From contig NZ_CP051185.1 in assembly GCF_012516315.1 (NCBI RefSeq), forward strand, positions 1,135,403 to 1,167,402: a DNA stretch of 32,000 nt. The letters are read 5' to 3'. Origin of the DNA: Limnospira fusiformis SAG 85.79. Lineage in GTDB: Bacteria; Cyanobacteriota; Cyanobacteriia; Cyanobacteriales; Microcoleaceae. Below, piece by piece: positions 27,805-32,000 of this stretch. A model generated the notes under the pieces. The model searched no databases. It had not been told where the DNA came from and saw only the letters and a program-made list of their open reading frames with translations. Numbering within the stretch: position 1 is the first letter of the stretch; each line of letters begins with the position of its first letter. Made by a program: the position numbers and the translations under genes.

Positions 27805-28221
27805 CTACGAGTCTGGATTGGCTCGTTTCAACAAATCAGAGCGAATTAAACCACCCATCCAAGTCCAGTTTGTGCGTTCTTCTTTTGGTATAAAATGAGC
27901 CATGACAGTATCTGGACTACTTTGATAGAAAGTCTTAATTTCTGCCCGTGCCCACAGTCCCCAAGGCGCTCTGACCAGAATATGATCTCCGACCACAAAC
28001 ACCTCACCCTCAGAATTGTCAGCCTGGGGAAGTTTCACCGCAACTTTCGGCTTATGTTTAATGGGTTTTGAAGGTTTCACGGTGCGACTAGGAATGTGTT
28101 TGACAGTCCCAGTAGACCGAGAATGTTCTTGGGTGTTGGTAGTGGGCGATTCGGAACTAGGCTCAGGGGGTTTGTTTGGTCTAGTAACTGCTAAAATTTT
28201 GTGATTGCTATTCATTGACAC
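27805..28221 (-). CDS. hypothetical protein
   Basis: 138-aa ORF with a P/S/T/K-rich N-terminal half and a more ordered C-terminal half (GEVFVVGDHILVRAPWGLWARAEIKTF). No family recognised. Confidence 0.45.
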   Translation of the reverse strand: MSMNSNHKILAVTRPNKPPEPSSESPTTNTQEHSRSTGTVKHIPSRTVKPSKPIKHKPKVAVKLPQADNSEGEVFVVGDHILVRAPWGLWARAEIKTFYQSSPDTVMAHFIPKEERTNWTWMGGLIRSDLLKRANPDS

Positions 28222-28309
28222 TCCTGGATGCTACATCTCACCATATCCTTTGTTCCTATTTTGGCATCCTTGTTCCGCAAATCCAAGATGATATTTGGAA
28301 CTTAACCGC

Positions 28310-31234
28310 TCAAAGATCTGGGTTTCCGGTAATAAAAGCCAAAATTCGGTCAAATTCAAAATTATCAGCCCATCCCTTTAATAAATCAGCCCAAGCGCCA
28401 TGATACTCTGGAATTTCAGCAATCAAGGCTAGAATTTCCGGTTCGTTGGTACACAAAACCGCTTGATGTAGTTGCTCTATCCAAGTCGTCGGCATCACTT
28501 GCAGGGAGTCCCTGTCAAGGGGGACAGCAGGCTGGTTTTGCAGATCGGAAGTTAATGATACATCCTCTACAGGACTTCCTTCGTATAGATAGCGCACCCC
28601 TAAGTATTGAGCCATCTTATCAAAAATCACTGCTTCTCGAAAGGGTTTACTGACAAAATCATCACAACCCATAGCTAAAATTTGCGATCGCTCCTCTTCA
28701 AAAGCATGAGCTGTCAGAGCGATAATGATAGGGGCGCGATCTGGTGGTATCGTGGCTTTAATCTGTTTAGTAGCTTCCAAACCATCCATAACTGGCATTC
28801 TCATATCCATCCAGACCAAATCAGGTTGCCACTGAGCGCACATTTTAATCGCTTCTAAGCCATTCTCAGCCGCCTGCACCTCAAAACCCACCTTAGACAG
28901 TAAACAGACCAGTACCTGGCGATTTTCTTGGGCATCTTCTACCACCAAAATCCGATAAGATGGTTGTCCGTCAGCTAAAGCAATCACCCGTTTTTGGATA
29001 GGTTGAGCCGGGATTTCTTGAGGGTCTGCTGCTTGTACGAAAATGGTAAATCTGACTATTGTACCCTTTCCCACCTCGCTGATAATCTCAATTTCGCCGC
29101 CCATCATTTGTACAAATTTCTGGCTAATTGGTAATCCTAAACCCGTCCCTTCATTAGACTTATGACCCGTTTCAGTTTGCCCAAATGGTTTAAATAGCAT
29201 ATCAATTTCATCGGGAGCAATTCCTAGTCCGGTATCTTCCACCTCAAAACTGAGGACAGTTAGATCAGGGGTTTCATAGTTCTGAGACTGAACTCGCAGG
29301 GTCACTCGTCCTGATTCCGTAAACTTAATGGCATTTCCCAATAAATTAATCAAAACTTGTCGCAGTTTATTTTCATCGGTTTTCACATAGGGGACAAAAT
29401 TATGATGCACCTGAAACTCTAATTTTAAGCCCTTAGTTTTACTTCTTAAACCCAGCATTTCGTGTAAGTTTCTCAGAAGATAGTAAAGGTCAAAACTGAT
29501 TTGATTAAACGTAATGCGACCCCCTTCAATTTTCGACATTTCTAGGACATCGTTAATCAGTTCTAACAGATGCTCTCACGAACGACCAATAATTTTGATA
29601 TATTCCTGTTGAGCTAAATTTAACTGTTCATCCCTAGCCAGAATTTGGGTAAAGCCTAAGATAGCATTTAAAGGAGTGCGTAACTCATGACTAATTTTGG
29701 TGAGAAATTCACTTTTAGCTCGATTAGCCGCATCAGAGGTTTCTTTGGCTTTATGTAACTGTTTCATCAGTTCTACTTGTTGGAGAGCGACACCTAATTG
29801 ATTGGCAATTTGAGCTAATAGACTCACTTCTCGATGCATCCACTCTCTGGGGAAATTGTGTTGATAGGCGGCAATCATTCCCCATTGAGTTTAGCCTAAA
29901 AATACGGGAGTAATCATATAGGATCTAATCATAAATTCATCGATGAGGACTTGATGAGAATTAGAAAGGGTGGATTTGTAAATATCATTAACTGCCTGTT
30001 GATTATAAACTTGATTGAGATTTCCTTGGGTCTCTTTCCAATGCCAAGACAACCAAGTATTAGGGTCAGTCATATTGATAAACTGGGGGCAGTTTGGGGC
30101 TACCGACTCAAACAAAAACTGGCCGTTTCCTTGGGGTAAAAGTCGGTAAACCACAACGCGATCGCATCTGAGAATTTGGCGCACAGCTTGAGCAGTAGCC
30201 CTCCAAATCATATCCATATCCAGGGTTGGGCGTATGGTTTCAATTCACCTAGATAAAGTCCTTTCCTGTTGAGCGGCTTTGGTTTGTTCTGGGGATTGTT
30301 TCTGCGCCTGGGTGAGCAATTATGCTTGTGGCAAAGCCACCACCAATTGTAGGGCTATTTTCTGTACAAATTCGACCTCAGAACTTTTCCAATTGCGAGA
30401 ATATGAGCATTGATGAATACATAGTAAACCCCAGAGATGGCTCCCTTTTTGCCTGGGAATTACCAAATTTTCTCTCACCTAAAACTTAGCCAAAAGTTGA
30501 ATATAGCAAGGGTCTAAATTTGCTTCATAAATATCAGCAATGGATTGAATGCGGGAGTTTTTGTATTCCTCCACAAATGAATTGGCGAAACAAGAATCAT
30601 GAACTTGCCAATTTAAAGCTGATTCAAACTCAGGTAAAACATCTTCCGAGACAAAATTACCATCCCGGTAATTAGAGAGGGGATGAAAGCTAAATATAGC
30701 CACTCTGTCGGCGTTCAAAAGTTGACGGACTTCGGCGGTAGCTGTAGCCAAAATTGTGTTAATATCTAAGGTGCGCCTGATTTTATCAATCACTTAGGCT
30801 AAGGCTCGTTCTCGTTGGGCTTCCCTGGCTAAGTGTTCGGCTTGGCGACGTATTTGAGTTTTGACTCGCACTAGGACTTCTTCTACCTGAAAAGGCTTAG
30901 TAATATAATCTACTCCACCTATAGTAAAAGCCTTGACTTGATCAGGAAGTTCATCTAAAGCGCTCATAAAAATCACCGGAATTTCTGCCGTAATTTCATC
31001 AGCTTTCAGTTGCAAACAAACCTCATAACCGTCCATATCAGGCATTTTGATATCTAGTAGCACCAAATCAGGAGGTGACGCTTTAGCCGTAATCAAGGCC
31101 ATTTTTCCTTTGGTCACTCTCCTGACATTGTAGCCCTGCTCCGTCAACATTTGGGAAAGCAGTCGCAAGTTATCCGGTTTATCGTCAACCAGTAAAATAT
31201 TGCCAAATTGGGATGTGTTTGGGGGCCGCATCAT
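28310..31234 (-). pseudogene. hybrid sensor kinase REC-GAF-GAF-HisKA-HATPase_c-REC-C-terminal domain, interrupted by six in-frame stop codons
   Basis: Five track ORFs (30794-31303, 30479-30793, 29891-30217, 29576-29878, 28310-29539) share one frame (end coordinate mod 3 = 1). Stops are TAA 30794, TAG 30479, TAA 30320, TGA 30245, TAA 29891 and TGA 29576. Motifs include ILLVDDKPDN...DIKMPDMDG (REC), [14 protein letters not shown] (H-box), RS*EHLLELINDVLEMSKIE, NLLGNAIKFT, DTGLGI, GTGLGLPI and ILVVEDAQENR...DMRMPVMDG (REC). Confidence 0.8.
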
Positions 31235-31579
31235 TAGCGTGTCGGTAAACCGGATAGCTAGAATAGGTAGCCAATAGTCAAGGGAATTGACAAAATGCCT
31301 CAAAATCGAGGACAGTTGATATTTTCCCCCAATGGTTGCCTTGAGAGCAACCCTACCATTTACCTAGAAGGTAAGCAGGAGGGCTGTCTTGTTTATAGAT
31401 ATCCCGCCAGGTGAGGTGGGATGTCTCGCAGTTTCCTAGTTTACCATAATTGCTGTCCAGGGATAATTTTTGATAACCGCTCCTGTAGCGGGGTTGGTGC
31501 TGGTCGTTCACAGAGATGTCATATCAATGCTACAACTTCGCCAAATCTCTCATTTAATCTAAGAACTATCAAGCGATTA

Positions 31580-32000
31580 ATGGGAGTGTTAACGATGCAA
31601 GATTCTCTAAAATCCTCTGTGCGTCCTATTCAGCCTGTGGCTTATTTATCGATGCTTTTGTTGGGTGCGGGGCTTACTTTTGGTGTTGTTTCCCTTACTC
31701 CTAATGCTGGTTCTTCCCGTGAAAGTACCGGTGAAACTAACAGTGGAGCGGCAGATATGAACCCTGGGATGGTTTCTCCGGGTCACGTTTTGGCACAAAA
31801 TCCTAATGTAGTCAGTGCTGTGGTGGAGCGGGTGGGAGCAGCAGTGGTTCAAATTGATACAGCCAGAACTGTAGAAACTCAGATTCCTGATGTGTTTAAT
31901 GACCCGTTCTTCCGACGGTTTTTTGGCCAACGACTCCCTAGTGGTCCGGGGCGGCGAGTTGTTCAGGGTTCGGGTTCCGGTTTTATTGTGGGTTCTGATG
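31580..32000 (+). CDS. HtrA/DegP-family serine protease, N-terminal part (runs off the window)
   Basis: Hand translation from ATG 31580 gives MGVLTMQDSLKSS...YLSMLLLGAGLTFGVV (signal/TM) ...NVVSAVVERVGAAVVQIDTARTV...NDPFFRRFFG...VVQGSGSGFIVGSD, the typical start of the trypsin-like domain. There is no stop before the window end. Confidence 0.8.
   Translation, partial: MGVLTMQDSLKSSVRPIQPVAYLSMLLLGAGLTFGVVSLTPNAGSSRESTGETNSGAADMNPGMVSPGHVLAQNPNVVSAVVERVGAAVVQIDTARTVETQIPDVFNDPFFRRFFGQRLPSGPGRRVVQGSGSGFIVGSD

Noticed and set aside
31646-31930. The 94-aa minus-strand ORF
   Set aside because: It is antisense to the clearly recognisable HtrA-family protease N-terminus that runs off the window end.

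Overview
This is a cyanobacterial chromosome segment, judged from the frequent HIP1 octamer GCGATCGC and from ycf3, gatC, clpB and rpsU. A filamentous Oscillatoriales-type host is only a guess. Core genes present: rpsU, two sensor histidine kinases, clpB, a DUF937-like protein, a small ABM-like protein, a coiled-coil membrane protein, a nucleoside hydrolase, gatC, ycf3 and the 5' part of an HtrA-family protease.

About 12 kb (2048-14233) is a pile-up of mobile retroelements.
- On the minus strand, a group II intron with an RT-maturase-HNH ORF hosts an ORF-less group II intron inside that ORF (a twintron).
- On the plus strand, at least five group II intron copies are inserted into one another (B>C>D>E, and F in C).
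- This stack is further broken by two kinds of IS630-family elements (called ISA and ISC here) and an IS4-family element (ISB).

A second ISB+ISA pair sits in a tandem repeat that re-duplicates the last 45 nt of gatC plus 48 nt downstream. An IS607-like element with a decayed tnpA but an apparently catalytically intact TnpB lies 129 nt upstream of ycf3. A 975-codon REC-GAF-GAF-HisKA-HATPase-REC hybrid kinase is one continuous reading frame broken by six in-frame stop codons and no frameshift.

I saw no rRNA, tRNA or CRISPR array. Intron and IS boundaries were read by eye and are good to about +-2 nt. Family names come from motif recognition, not from database searches.
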